A stretch of DNA of 64,000 nucleotides from Balanoglossus misakiensis. Taxonomy: Eukaryota > Animalia > Hemichordata. Made by a program: the position numbers and the translations under genes. The notes under the pieces were generated by a model that ran no database searches, was not told where the DNA came from, and worked only from the letters and a program-made list of their open reading frames with translations. Below, in pieces: positions 42,760 through 56,376 of the stretch (positions are counted from its first letter, which is position 1; each line of letters starts with the position of its first letter). The stretch lies in assembly GCA_040954595.2 (NCBI GenBank), contig CM082580.2, positions 9,836,390 through 9,900,389 of the forward strand. Reading direction: 5' to 3'.

Positions 42760-45700
42760 CGTCAAGACCTGCTCATAGATGCTCGTAAAAAAAATTTGGT
42801 TTTTATTTGAGGAGTAACTGTTGCAGATGAAGCCAACGGGAATGGCGGTGAAATGTTCCGTGTTAGTTGTCCGTCCCCCGGGATTAGAGAGAAAGAACCA
42901 TTACAGTCTCCGTCCGCTGTTGGTTAGTTTTCCAAGCTGGAATGGCAATTAATTTGAGGGAATATACAGTGGGCTCTGCGGTCAGTACAGTGCTGATTGC
43001 TCAATTAGCGCAAGTTCAGATCTTCAGCAACAGATGCCGCGAACAATTTTTTTTTTGCCTAGCGAAAAAAAAAGATTATCTTTTCCAGTGAATCTCACAT
43101 GCCAGGCACAAAAATGATTTGTGCAATTTTCTTGAGTTTTAATGACACAATCACTTCGGCAGTAGATTCACAGGAAAGGGAAAATTCAAACGCACGCTGG
43201 ACGCGATTCAATAGCACGGTCACGAGGTAAAAAGCTGCGACGGGGTTGGAATTTAACAAATTCCCAGCTGGCCTTCCATTCTTAATATTCCATTTGTATG
43301 TTCGCTAAATTTTTGATTGATTCACTCACACACGACAGATACAAACGCACCAGCAATTGCAAAGCGTCCCCGCATAGCAGGTCTTGATTTACATGCAGCT
43401 GTACCTTCTAAGTCCGCGCACATCAAACTCTTCACTCGCAGCATCCTAGGGGGTCCGTAATAGCTAAGCCGGACAACAGGTAGTTACGGGCTTCGCTATA
43501 AGAATACAAAGTGCTCATTAGCTTGGTCTAATTTTCCGGGATTTTTTTTCTCTCTCGGAGAGACACTGACGACACGGAGTCTATTCATCTACCTGAAACT
43601 CTGCCGGCAAATGTAATCACCTCCCCCCCTCTCTCTCTGAAACGGCTTGTTTATGAAGTCCCAGGGTACAAATAATACATGACCATGAGTGTATGCACCG
43701 AAGCTTTACGTGTGTGCGTATCTTGTTAAGATCAGAGAGGAGTCTGCCGATAATATTCATACTATTAACATTTCGCGTTTTAACCCTGGGCAATGCGTGT
43801 GCAAAAAAATGGAACGACGCAGCAACTTATCTTGCCCGCTCTTCAGATGCCGGCGAGGTGACGGTGAATTCTGCCGAGATCGAGAGCCAGATAAAATAAA
43901 AACAGGCCACGCAGAGCATGTCAAAGAGTAGCATGCAACAACGGCCTGTCCGTTTATGAAGGCAGTCTGTGTTTTTCCTGTTACTGGCCATGATTGATAT
44001 TTCATTCTCTGTGTCACTGATGCGCCATTTAATTCTACTAGTTACGTGTTAATATTAATATTGATCTACGGGAGACGTGTGCGTGGCCAAAAAACTGAAC
44101 CGGGGAAATCCCCTGTGGCTTCTGAACACCATTTTTTAGTCAGTATTCTTAGCAGACTATGGCAATCCTTGTGGCGTAAAGACTATAGCCGCACTATTTG
44201 ACATCAAATGTACATCACATTCGTTTTTTAATTTTTGTATGCGCCTGTTTTATTCTGGCTTCATGACAGCTCTACAGCAAGGCGGGAACATCACACACCG
44301 CCCTACGTCATTGCGTGAAAACGTACACCATTTCTGAATCGATGGAAGGCACCGCTCATCCTTAGCCTTGGGTGGTCATTTCGTTATATGTTCTTTGCCG
44401 CACGACGTACACGGCGGCCATTTTGAAGACATATCTTAATGGGGAGGGGGGCGCAAACCAACAATGAAGCTACCTGTATGTTATCCTGAGAAACGTATTT
44501 TCAAAAGTGCTTGTATTGAGAATCATTACCTTGAATTTCCTAGTCAGTTGATCTGAATATTTTTTTTTCTGGATAGCTCAGGTCACCTCACTAAATAGCT
44601 TGAACTCTGGAGCTGTGCACTTAAAAATCTCTATTCAAATCAGTTCTCCATAATCACACATAAATATGCAATTTGTACCCGCCAGTATTTTTTGCAAATC
44701 CATTAGTCATTATTTTTTTCACCGTGACTATATAGTTCCATCAACATATTATAAATGAATCATTTTTATTTCAATGCACAGCTGAAGTACTTCATGAAAA
44801 TTTCAGCGATTCCGTGATTTTCAAAATCAAATATATGATGATTACTGTCACCAAACTGTTCATGAAAAATAAATCAGTTATAATTTGAAAGCGAATTTTA
44901 TGGCCGCCACAGTGTGTGCCATGGTAAAGCTTTATGAATACTTCATGTAATGTTAATATAAGCTGACCAAAGATTTCTATTTCCTCTTCTCAATAGACAG
45001 ATAATTGCATTGATTGGTTATTTTTTTTTCTATTAAAAATATACTTCGTATTGCAACCTTTCATAAACTTAGGGAACATATCTCTGACTACTTCCAAAAC
45101 CCTTGCTACTTTGGATTCAGTCACACGCACGAATAGAACATATCTGATCTTCAGAAACGTGTCTGATTCATTTCATTTCTGTGACATTCAACAGACTTGA
45201 CCCTAGAAAAAAATCAGCCATATTTTTGGATCAGTGGATCAGTGAGAATTGAGACGTCGTTAGTCGAATGAAACAAAGCATTGTGCTTCTCAACTCGGCG
45301 CGCTCGTTTGGGTAGTTCAGACGAAAAGATTAGACGGGACAGTAACCTTGAGTAGATCTCTACGGCTTTATTTGTCATTAGACGTTTGTCTGCAAAAACC
45401 GTTGATGTATACGCGATAAGACCACGTCTGAGAGCAGGCACACTTCCACGTACTGTATTGCCCACACAGACTGCGGTAATTCACACTTCTGATTGGTTCC
45501 GACTCTAAACCGCAGCCTCCCGCTGCTTTCACTTCACATGGTGGCAGCAGACTACATGTACATCTCACAGACCCCAAATCCCCCGGAGATCAACAACAAA
45601 AATTGTTGTTGTACTGTGCAAATTTTCTCTGTTAATTCACAAACCATGGGATCATTAGGGGGTGGGTGCGGCATACAATATTGAAATGGGGAAGGGGGAC

Positions 45701-47678
45701 ATGCACGTCGAGCGCGGACTAGAATACTCATCCTGGGAATTTGCCAGCACCCCTACGGTGAATGCAGGTGCGAAGAGAGAGTGACACTGCAGAGAACATC
45801 ACCGCGGCTTAATTTTCAGAAATCTATGCGCGGTGTAATTTCAAGCAATCCGGATTTCATCTCGCTTAGAGCGCTGCACACCTGTGATGAAAGGGATCCT
45901 CTTTTAAACTGTGCTGAACACACAACGCATACACGGTGCACCTCGTCTGATCCAAAATTAATGAATATTCTGAATGATAAATATTACACACGATATCAGG
46001 TTTCAGAATCTTCTTTTTTGTAGAATATATTGGGTCACTGAACTGCAGGTCTAGGTGCATCTACCAACATAATTAAGTTTTGAGAATTTTCTTTTTTAAG
46101 TAACTATCAATGTCACATTGAAATCAAGCTTGTTCAGATAGCTAATACCTACGCTCTTATATTAAACATATAATTTCTGTTGAGTTTATGTAATTATAGT
46201 GTTGGGTAAACAGGCGACTACCCGGTAATTTAAATTTGGTGAAATGGAATTTCAACTGTCGGGAAGTGCTCTGGACAGGATGAGTGATATACCATAAGGG
46301 TAACTGTATGTAGATGGAGACAAGCTGACAGACAGATAGACAGACACACACACACTCTCTCACATATACAATAAATCAGTCAAACTTCAAATGTAGTGGA
46401 GTGTCCATACAGCAATGCCCCCCCTCCCCTCAACATCAATGTCTGCCTCTTTCGCCCCTGAATCCAATAAGCTGGCATCAGCCTTCCAGCGTTTATCAAA
46501 ACGTAAAAAAAATCTTGAAAGTTGTTGTCATGACTCTTGCTTTGAAAGCAGAAACCTAATTACAATTTCCTTTTCAACACAGCTTCTGGGCACAGCTGTT
46601 AAGTGCAGTGAAAATTACAAAATCCGTTTCCCGGACAACAAACACGGACAGTTTCTCTCTTTTTTTCATGTGCACTGTCTGCAGTTCGCAATACTCAGAA
46701 GAGTCAACAGCCGAAAAAAAAAGAACTTAAACTTACAAGTAATATTCTGAGGAAGATCTCACTCAAATATTCCGTTGTTAAGATTAAATTTGTTCCATCA
46801 CAGCTGCACGGTGGTACTCGTGTCTCAGAATGGTCTAAAACACTTGGAAATTGAATATGTGTGCTTTCTAGTAGTCTTATGACCATGAAGACAGGAACCA
46901 ATTGTTTAGAGAAATTACATGACCATCTGGTGACGACGGTCTCTCAACAATTCCTCGTTGGCGACTTCCACTGCATTCTAGTTTGTTTCATTTATTTGCA
47001 ATGAGAAGCACGAGAAAGAGTAAAGAAAAAATGCCCTTTTCTGAAACGTTACTGGGCAGGACCAAAGAATACTATCCTCCCTGCTGACCAACTAATAACT
47101 ACAATTCTCACGGGAGTGCGCTTGCGACGTTCGAATCTCATAATGACACCGCTCTCATTTCAACTGATTTCCTACATTGTTTGACTCCCAACAAGGAGTT
47201 TTATAATAACCACTACTGGCAAATAAAAGATGTTCAACACCGACAGAAACCCAGCCACACAGAAACGGCGGCCATGTTTGAAGGGTTCAAAGAGTGCGTT
47301 GACATTTGACACGGTATGTTGTGGACCTTTACTGGGACAGCCAGGGGGCCCTCTTCACCTTTAACCAGTTGCCCTCCTTAACTTCCCATGAAACAATTGG
47401 CCGCGTCCGTGACCTCTACACGTACATGACCTTACTGGTACATCCTGGTATTTTCGTTGGTACGAATGTGCCATAACTACATTACTGCCTGCGCCTAGTC
47501 GTTGAAGTCTACATAAATTATCACTCTCACTCCCTTCCCAGCAAAAATTTCTTTATTTCACCCAAATGCTAAATTTAAACTACCACATGCCTCTGGAAAT
47601 GCGAGGATTTTAGGTCGAGATGTCATCACGAAAGACAGCCATGTGTAGGGATATGTGAACTTTGAACTTAACACTTAC

Positions 47679-47746
47679 CTGATCACCAACTCCAGTAGAA
47701 GTGATGCTCAAACCCATAGTATCCTTGATGTCATCTTTATGCTTTG
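47679..47746 (-). CDS. PTPRN: IA-2/PTPRN exon, C-terminal part of the SEA-like ectodomain
   Basis: Acceptor tatcttgttttcag| and donor CAG|gtaagt; 68 nt, phase 1-0. Encodes (A)KHKDDIKDTMGLSITSTGVGDQ, comparable to recalled human IA-2 'LVKSELEAQTGLQILQTGVGQ'. Joins in frame to exon 337-134. Confidence 0.93.
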
Positions 47747-48147
47747 CTGAAAACAAGATACAAACAAACATATTTAGTATGCTTTGAGCATCAAAAAGAA
47801 ATCGCCATTTCCAACCATATGTCCACGAACAATTTTTTTTTCATTCCACAAACATTGCCATTGGTCATTACATCAGCACATGCTCTGCCATACAAACAGG
47901 ACACAAATGATTAAAAATGATTATTGACAGAAATGAGAACAAAAAGATGCAATGAAACTTTTAGTGTCAACGCCACCGGTCAGTTTTCCCATATTGTATT
48001 TTCTGACAGTTAGCTCACCCTGATGCAGTGAACACGACTGTCCCTTTTGGGCGATGGGGTTGGACTTTTAGTGACAATTAGAGGTCATTTTGTACGTTCT
48101 AGAAAGTGTTCACCCTTTAATGTTGCTGCAGAAATATTCTATAATAA

Positions 48148-48623
48148 TAATAATAATCTTTATTTCAGGCTCGTAGCCCATAAAAACACAGCAAGAGAAG
48201 TAAAAAACAAGAACACACACATTAAAATCTGTAGAAAAAATAATAAAATACTACAACGTCGTGGCGAGAGGGGGTGGGAGGTCGGTCCTCATCCCCTAGT
48301 ACAGAATGTTTCTATAGTGCTTCCAAAATCTTGAATGGAAATACAGGTCAGAGTGAGTGCAGGCATGTACAACAGCATTACTACTGTTCAAAAGTCTTGT
48401 GGCAAGAGAGTATAACAACTTGCGATGCAACGAGCTAAAGTTCATAATATCCTTTGTGACAAAATTGTAACTTATGCTAATGTCTCGTTTCAGTTCAAAG
48501 ATCAAACGCAGTGCATTGTGATAAGCAATTTTCAGATTTGACATGCATTTGGTGTTATAGTTACACCACACATTCATACAATACATACTGTACAGGAAAC
48601 TCTTAAAGAGCGTACATTTCACA
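48148..48623 (-). mobile_element. 5'-truncated non-LTR retrotransposon (CR1/L2-group-like LINE): ORF2 C-terminus, 3'UTR and (TTA)n tail
   Basis: Open frame VKCTLFKSFLYSMYCMNVWCNY...LKIAYHNALRLIFEL...FSSLHRKLLYSLATRLLNSSNAVV...SRFWKHYRNILY* (stop at 48296-48298) resembles the post-RT tail of LINE ORF2 as I recall it. The short 3'UTR ends gcctgaaataaag(att)n. A 9-bp direct repeat CTATAATAA flanks it at 48139-48147 and 48624-48632. Confidence 0.85.
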
Positions 48624-51600
48624 CTATAATAACTGAGGTAGTGTAGGTGCAAAATAAAATCAGAGGTCAGTCATTAATCATCATAAAATGAGAGAGAAGA
48701 AGTGTATGAAGAGCCTGCGCACCTTTGCACCATCATGATATGTTTGATGGATTTCTATTTTTTTTTAAATAATTGATTCCATTTTTATTGGGCATGTGAC
48801 TGATGGATGGCATAATGCATTGGCCCTCAAAACAATACATTCAGTATGTCACACATGTGGGGGAATATTTCCTGCATTTATTCTTCTAAAAGGACCAACA
48901 CCAGGCCATATTGTCGGCATTGCATCAATTTAAATTGAAATGGAAATAAAAGAATGTTAGATCAGCCAACAGGAATATTAATATTGCTTTGCCATTCTTT
49001 CGAGACCAAACCTTTTGAAGCACAACAACAGATTGTTAAATTACTTTTGTTGGTCTCAATATGCTAGTCTGCTTGAGAACGACAGTTTACCCTTGTGTGA
49101 AGCAGCTGTTGGATTAGATGATTTTAGCAAACATAGAACCACTGTGTTCATCGTTAGTCCAGGGTCCACAAATCATCAGAGATGACTCAGTCCTGCCCGG
49201 TAACTCACACTAATTAAACAGAAGTCATTAAGGGGAGTATGAATGTCCACCATTTTGAATTGTGGCAGTCGGGATTTATCGACAAACATGGTGATCTACT
49301 GTAAATGAGCTCTGAGCATGAAAATGAATAAAAAAAGGCTTCTTGGCAGCCATATTGGATAACATCATTCAACATATCTTCATTCATATGTTTTCGTACC
49401 AAATTAAGGATTAACTTGGTCGGAGTATCGCGATTGAACCAGTCAGAAGACATATCACACTATGGCACAAAAACTGAAATATGGATGCTTGAATTTGGCA
49501 ACAAAACTCTACCGTAAATCATGATCATCTTGCATGTCTGTGTAAAACTCATGGCCATATTCTGGCACCGAAAATTCGAAAGAAATCAGTTGGGGCGAGA
49601 CATGCCTAAACTGGCAGCCTTATTGAATTACGCCATTAGACAAATTGACATGCATTAGTCATCATGTTGTGTCCTTGAAAGAAAACAGTTCAGGTGAAAT
49701 TCATAGCGCAGCGATGATGATCGCATAATGTGACCTTCAGTGTGAACCATCAAAGCTACAGTGCATTTCATGGACACACTCTAGCTGTGATAATGTCCAA
49801 CATAAAAGATGTGTAAACGATTACTTAGCACAAACTGATAAAAAGCTAAAGAAGTCGCCAGAACAGAATTGATGTCTTCGGATATAGCTGTACACCAAAC
49901 TTTTCTTTGAAACATTCTGAATTTATTGTTATCAGCAAGGTTCATCTGTGATTTGAGAATGTACATTCATTCAAGATATTTTTCAGATGGGCCCTCTGAA
50001 GCCATGTGACATTCTTTTTCTTTCATGTTTTCTACCTCAATGATTCCCCCAAAATTGTAGGAAATCTCGATAACGGGGCATCAACACTGATAGGACACAG
50101 GTTCCAGATAATAGTTACATGAATGACAAACAATACTCTGAACGAATCTGCATCAAACACAGATACATCAGTATATTAAGGCTTTTAAATTTTGCATATA
50201 AAGCCTTGAAACATAAAACGCAGAGTTGGATCAGCATCTGCGAGCATTTTCTAGGAAGAGATGACGCCGTAATTGGGCACTGCAAAAAGTTTAATGTACA
50301 TCTTTCAATGCATCTAGAAATTCAAACCTGGTGTACATGTTACATGATTGGCCATAAATGCCAAATTGGGAACAGTGAACAGCATTAAAATGAAACCCTG
50401 CCCAGTCTGGAGTTTAAACATGGAAATCTGTCTAGACTGAACTTTCTTTATTGGTCTCCTTGAAGCAGGACAGTGCATCCGCAATGAAAGATCCCACGCA
50501 AACAACACCGCAAAAGCAAATCATTTACTGTGTCGGGGTCACAGTGTTCTGGAACAAGTTGCAAGCCCAGGGGCTGATAAAATGTAAAATCCACGAGCCC
50601 GGGACGGAATATTAGAGCCCCAATGACTTTTTTCCTGAAACTATTAATATGTATTTCACACTGTTTCCAAGACAACAGACTTGCACGTCTGTTTCTGTCT
50701 GCTTGTGAATATTGGTATGGGCGATGATGGATGACCTGCGAGAACGTAACTCTCAATGTCATCTGTGCTATGCTTTTTATCCTGTGTGTGCTGCCCTGAC
50801 TGTATCTACACTGTAGCTAGCACCCATCATATAACTGTATTCTGGCCAGTGGGAAAACATGCACAGCTGTCAGGAGGGGTGAAAAGGCCTTTGGGTCGAT
50901 CGCAAATCTACATCGAGTGCTTGATGTTGTTTTGAGAAACAAGTGTACCTTGGACAGTGATGGCTGACCACCATGACAGAATAGCATGTTGTAAATCGTA
51001 ATGTCTAGTTCTGCATTATTAAATAATTCAAGGTTTTGTTCTTTCTTATAATTTTCTTTTATTGCAAGTGTCAACTTTTATTATTTACAATTATTATGGG
51101 GCTGAGCAACTTTAATTTACACAAACACAAAGTATGCACTTGTGGATTGAAGCAACAGGTTGCAGTCCTTATTTGGCAGCCATGTTTGTCTCATGAAACT
51201 CTAGCAGAAGTCGCTGACTTATGAATTGCAAATGTCATTCTCCTAAAAAGACAATGACAATATCACAGAATTATCCGTTTTTGATTCCGGACTATCAAGT
51301 TCCCTTGATCAGCTTTTCTTTCCACTTGACATTCTCTCTTCTTTCTCTCTCCACATAAATCATAAATTCTGCGTCACATCTCGAGGGTTTTTTCGGCGAC
51401 TAGAAAAAATGCCAAGTACACCTTTCGCAGAATTTCAAGACATCTGGCGGATTAAATTTGTCGAAGCCACGTCAATCCTTCCGGCCGGCCCACGCATATG
51501 CATGCAGCTAATTCTTGAGTGTGGTCACATTACACGACTCTTGGGAAGTAAAGACTCTGGCAATTTTTTTCCTACCTGTTTCCTCTTAATCTAACTTCAA

Positions 51601-54600
51601 ACTTACTGATTGAGGAGCACATTGCATTCCTGCCTGGTAAAGTATGAGTTAATATGAGATCGAGCATCACATAATTAAACACTTGCGAGATTTCATCGCG
51701 CCGCCAGATCCTCCCAGGACCTGCATACTTAATTTGCGCGCAGATGAGTACCCGATTAAAGTCTGCGGCAATTACAACGAGAGACTTTTTTTTGTACACA
51801 CAATCTGAGGTTTATTGAGTTTGACCATGAGACAAGATCACAGATAGAAGTCGGAGAAAATTAACGCCTATCTTTACTTAGGAGGAAATTTGATCGTAAT
51901 AACCTGATAAGTCGGATGCATGACCATTATCTCCCGCGTGTTATTTTTATGAAAAGTGCCGGAAATCACATTTTCAGGCAAAGCGTTGAGACAAGGAAGT
52001 GAAGTCAACTGATAAATTTCAACAAAGTCACCGACGCAATATCCAGCTGATTTGTGGGTTTCGCAAAAAAAAAATAATGTTAAGGGCACTCCCATCTGAT
52101 CAGAACTGGCACACTCAAGTGGGCATATATTATACTTCGGCTCCAACATAAACCCACTCCACTAAGGTGCCTTTTGCATTTTGGAGGAATGTATGAATCA
52201 GTCTCATGACGAAAATCCTGGGACATAGCAGACCCATTTTCAAATCAATTGGATGATCACTTTTCGGGGGAAAAAATGTATTTTTTTTAAAACCAAAAAT
52301 GACAATCCTCTTCCGAATTGGCCTTTGTAATTGCTAAAAGGTCTAATGTTTATATTTATATTTATGGCCATAAACGTCAAGAGATATGGGCCTTTAATGT
52401 ATTTGAATTTTTCGCTGATAAACAAGTGGACTTTTAATGTTTTGTTTTTCTGGTTGTTCATTACATCCCCTTGATGTACCAATATCTGTAATGTCAGGGT
52501 CAGTGAAATTGTAATTTGAAAACAAATGTAGATGATGGATACAACATGGCGTACAGGGAAGACTGAGCTCGATGGAAAAAAAGGGGAGCCCATTATTCTC
52601 ATACTAAACGAAACACCGGCATTAATGCCCTTCAATGACGACGGCTTCCTGTGTATTCCGAACGTCATGATTGAATCTGACACTTTGGCGAACGGCAGAG
52701 ACACTTGTCACGACCGGTGTGCGCATGATTCTCCCCGACAAAAGGTGACTGCACAATATAAAATGGGTCGCTGCTCCGCTATTTGTAGGAAATGGCTTTT
52801 TTTCTGGCAGCGCACTTGAACTCTAAGGAGGGAAGTCATTAACGCAAAGCCGCGGTTCTTTGAAATTTACACCGCTGTAATCTCTCAGTTGCACATTCTC
52901 CGCAGGCAGCGCAACCCTCGGATGGATTCTGAAACGACAACCACTGTTCGCAACATTTTCATAGAGTTCGGTAATAGTACGCAAGCCCAGGTCCTACCTG
53001 CACATGTAAACCATGGTAAAAATCATTAATGTGCATCTCAATCCATTTTCATCAGTATTATTATGTTTCATTACACACTGAAGTAGCACCTGGCGTCCTC
53101 GCTGAGAGGCAAATTTCATAAACTAATTGGTGTCATAAAGTGAACGAAATCTAAGTTCCATTATGAACGTTATTTTGGGATACAAGGATGGAGGCAGCAG
53201 AAGAACAAAAACATTAATGGTCAGGTACTATATATTACTATCAGTTTCATATTACTATTCATTAGAAAGCTGCAAAATTTATGAAAATATGCCGACTGCA
53301 TCAAACGTGTGCTTGAAAAACGTGCATTCCAAGGTACACTGCAGTTTGAAATCTATATAAGGGAACTGGGGGTGAAAGGCATTAAGCTAATTTATGTCAC
53401 AGTGTCAGCAGCACTGTATTGCCTGGAATACAGGAGTGACCTGCAGAGAACCGGGTGTTTTCTCCTTTCCTTAGTGGATAATCCTGTGAACTTTTTCAGG
53501 GTGAATATGCCACGGAATACATGCTTCTGCGAGTAATGAGGCACCAGATCTCTGCCAAGTCGGCAACATCAATGGAGAAAATTGCAGTCAATTTTGAATT
53601 CTGCATAAAGCTTAGTGTTCAGAGGGGCATCTCGCTTCCCACCCCGTATTTCACAGCGAGTTTGATAGCAATTACTTCGATGAACATTTACCCCGGTGTA
53701 CATGCAACATTTCAGATATATAGTCAATGCTAAATGCAGCGTGTGAATGGGGCTAAATCCGGAATAAAAATCACACAGACACCGCCAATTGCAGGGCTCA
53801 AGATTTCCAAGAAGCTGACGGAACCATTTGATGGCCAAAAACAGCTACACCCACGTAAGCGTACAATGCACAAGCATAAACACTGGTACATTTCTGCAAC
53901 CATATTTCTGCATTGTTTTTTTTCTTGTTGTTCTCATTCAAAGTAAGAAATCAGTTATACCAGAGTCTGTAAACAAATGATCTCAATGTATCAAATCGTG
54001 GCATCAGAAACAACAAAAATATCGTCAAAAATCTTCACAAAATTTGGAAAAATGATAAGTGTACTAAGTTATTCATTTACTGATTTAACTAATTCGAGAG
54101 TGGATTTAAAAGCATTTAGTATGGAGTGTTGACTTCAGTAAAAGAAGGAATTGATTTTGTAAGAATGAAACTACTACATACAATAGTTCTGCACACATTA
54201 ATTAAGAGTAGAGGCTTATTGAAAAGCAATCAGAATCTGCCTAAGAGGGAACTCATGTTAGTTCAAGAACTAACACCACTTATCATTCATGGAGTGTTTG
54301 AAATGTAAAAAAAAAAGCATTATTAGCCATTCAAGGCGAAATACACGGCTTTCGATTAAATTCATAAATCACGAGCCCGCTCTGTTTGGAAAAATGACAG
54401 CCGTGATTCTTTTGAAGTTTGTTTATAGATTTCTAAACGGGACCTTGCGCGAGAGATTGATGAGTTGAAAGATCCCGCCCAGCACATGTTAGTTTCTGCA
54501 CAATTCGGCCATTAATTCTACTCTGTTCTGCCGTAAGTTTGAGTTAGAATTTGACGTGAACTAGTTACTCTCCTGCTGTCAGAGATTCAACAGGCCTTAA

Positions 54601-55791
54601 AAGGAGTTAAAAGGGCACAGGTTCTTTCAGAAAAGAAAAGGGGGCAGACGATCTGACTTTTACAAACAGAGCACCATGACAGGAAATCAGAACCACAGCC
54701 AAGTGAAAGAAATTTCTTACATTCCGAGTAAATAGATCACATGCAATCGATAATGTTTCAAATGGGGCAGGTCTGTTCAGTGTTCAACAGTGACGTCGTA
54801 TGTGGCTTTTTATTATATAGGACAAAAATGATTCACTTGTACTTTGGATTTGATCTGATATAGTTTCTGATATTAACCATGAGCTTCATGACATTTTATT
54901 TACATGACATTTAAGGCTTTCAGTATTTTAGGAAGAAAAAATATACTACTCTACAATTGCTAGTATTACACTGTCCTTAAGCACTACATAGTCCTCTGGG
55001 CTCATTGTTTTGAAATTTCGTTTTCCTCATACACTGCAACATCAAATCATCTCATCAGCGAAAGGAAGAGTCTCCATTTTCAGTGTTTTTTTCACTCTTT
55101 AATAATTAAACAATTTTTGCTTTGTGAAGGAAAGCAGGTTGATGTTAAGCATAAAATATTTACCTAAGGACCTGGGGCGCATCGTTGTTTGAATTGCGAT
55201 TTACGTCAAGGGTGAAAAGAACGATCTCTAGAATCTGTCCTTGTGATTTCCAGTGAATGCGAGTGCAAAATCCATCCATGGCACATGTACTACTGCTGAC
55301 ATTTGAAAGCCATCGAAACTGGCTTATATCCATGGGGTAGATGCCAGAAAAAGTGATAAAAGAATCTGTTTTCTTTTTGCCAATGGGAATATAATTTCAC
55401 ACACACTGGAACATTTCGCTGTTTAACCCTTCCACATACATGTCTCTGTCTATCTGTCTGTCTGTCTGTCTGCAAGTCTCTCACTCGATCTCTCTCACCC
55501 TCCAACCCACTAACACCTATCCCTATGTGCGTACATGTGCGCCTGTCTCATTAAGCACATTAAGAATATATCACGGTTTATCTGGCTGGCTGCCTCACAA
55601 ATCTGTAAATCTGCTATGAGATAACAAATCGAAAGACATTAAATCTTACAACTCATATCCAACTCCTCTGGTAACATATTTATTTGATCACGCAGATTTG
55701 TGCTGTTTTTATGCCTCTACATAACTCATCTCCAGACACTTTTAATATCAAGTCGTTTGTTCTCAAGTTAATCTGCTAAACATTGGTTGGA

Positions 55792-55805
55792 GGGGGGGGG
55801 GGGGG
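55792..55805. repeat. Poly-G tract (14 nt)
   Basis: Direct observation. Confidence 0.85.
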
Positions 55806-56179
55806 TGCAATAACTGGGCGTGTCACCCTAACAGAGATGACAGCATTCACAGAAGACGACTGAGTTTAATGTTCATGAATCATTGCATGCACTGGTAAAG
55901 GAAAAAAATAATAAGATTTACTTCAGAGTACAGTCTAACCTTGTTTAATAATTTGCCTGCAACCTCTTTGTGGTTAAAGTCCAATGCCCCCATCTTTCAT
56001 TTGTACATTGTATACAATCACATGCTGGGCCAGAATATTAAATAACACGGGAACGCAATTTGACTTGAAAAAAAGAGCTTGCATCTTACATCAAGGAAAT
56101 TGAAATAGGGTTGGGTTAGGGTATTGCAGAGGAATGGTCTAGATAGGCGGCCTTGGGTCCAATCATAGGATTGCCTTAC

Positions 56180-56259
56180 CTGCTTCACCATCGATGTCAG
56201 ATGCTGTCATGTTCTTCAGGTTCGGATTTACCTTGAATGATACCTGGTATTCAGACACC
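56180..56259 (-). CDS. PTPRN: IA-2/PTPRN exon, middle of the SEA-like ectodomain
   Basis: Acceptor gatttatcaacag| and donor GCAG|gtaagg; 80 nt, phase 2-1. Encodes VSEYQVSFKVNPNLKNMTASDIDGEA, comparable to recalled human 'VVGPALTFRIRHNEQNLSLADVTQQA'; the N-M-T sequon aligns with N-L-S. Joins in frame to exon 47746-47679. Confidence 0.92.
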
Positions 56260-56307
56260 CTGTTGATAAATCAACATAGAATACACAACAATAATTAGAA
56301 TTGTGAC

Positions 56308-56376
56308 ACTTGATATTCTGAACAACTGACATAAAACAACAACTTGATATTATGAACAAGTGAAATAAAATAATCA
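56308..56376 (+). repeat. Diverged 34-bp tandem duplication upstream of the exon 56259 acceptor
   Basis: ACTTGATATTCTGAACAACTGACATAAAACAACA followed by ACTTGATATTATGAACAAGTGAAATAAAATAATCA. Confidence 0.75.

Larger units (their letters stand above)
338..47678 (-). other. Large GT-AG intron (about 47.3 kb) of the IA-2/PTPRN gene, phase 0
   Basis: Bounded by gtaagt at 47678 and ttgcag at 338 on the minus strand; the flanking exons join in frame; no other convincing exon seen inside. Confidence 0.8.
47747..56179 (-). other. GT-AG intron (about 8.4 kb) of the IA-2/PTPRN gene, phase 1
   Basis: gtaagg at 56179 and ttttcag at 47747; split codon G|CA = Ala. Confidence 0.88.

Noticed and set aside
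48736-48757. TGATATGTTTGAT resembles the 5' part of miR-190
   Set aside because: No pre-miRNA-length hairpin, the 3' half mismatches, and miR-190 is normally hosted in talin introns.
52240-52704. Longest ORF in the track (154 aa), and similar ORFs at 62373-62786, 63542-63928, 42164-42550 and 3627-4025
   Set aside because: No recognisable domain, composition driven by homopolymers and microsatellites, and no consistent splice signals; expected by chance.
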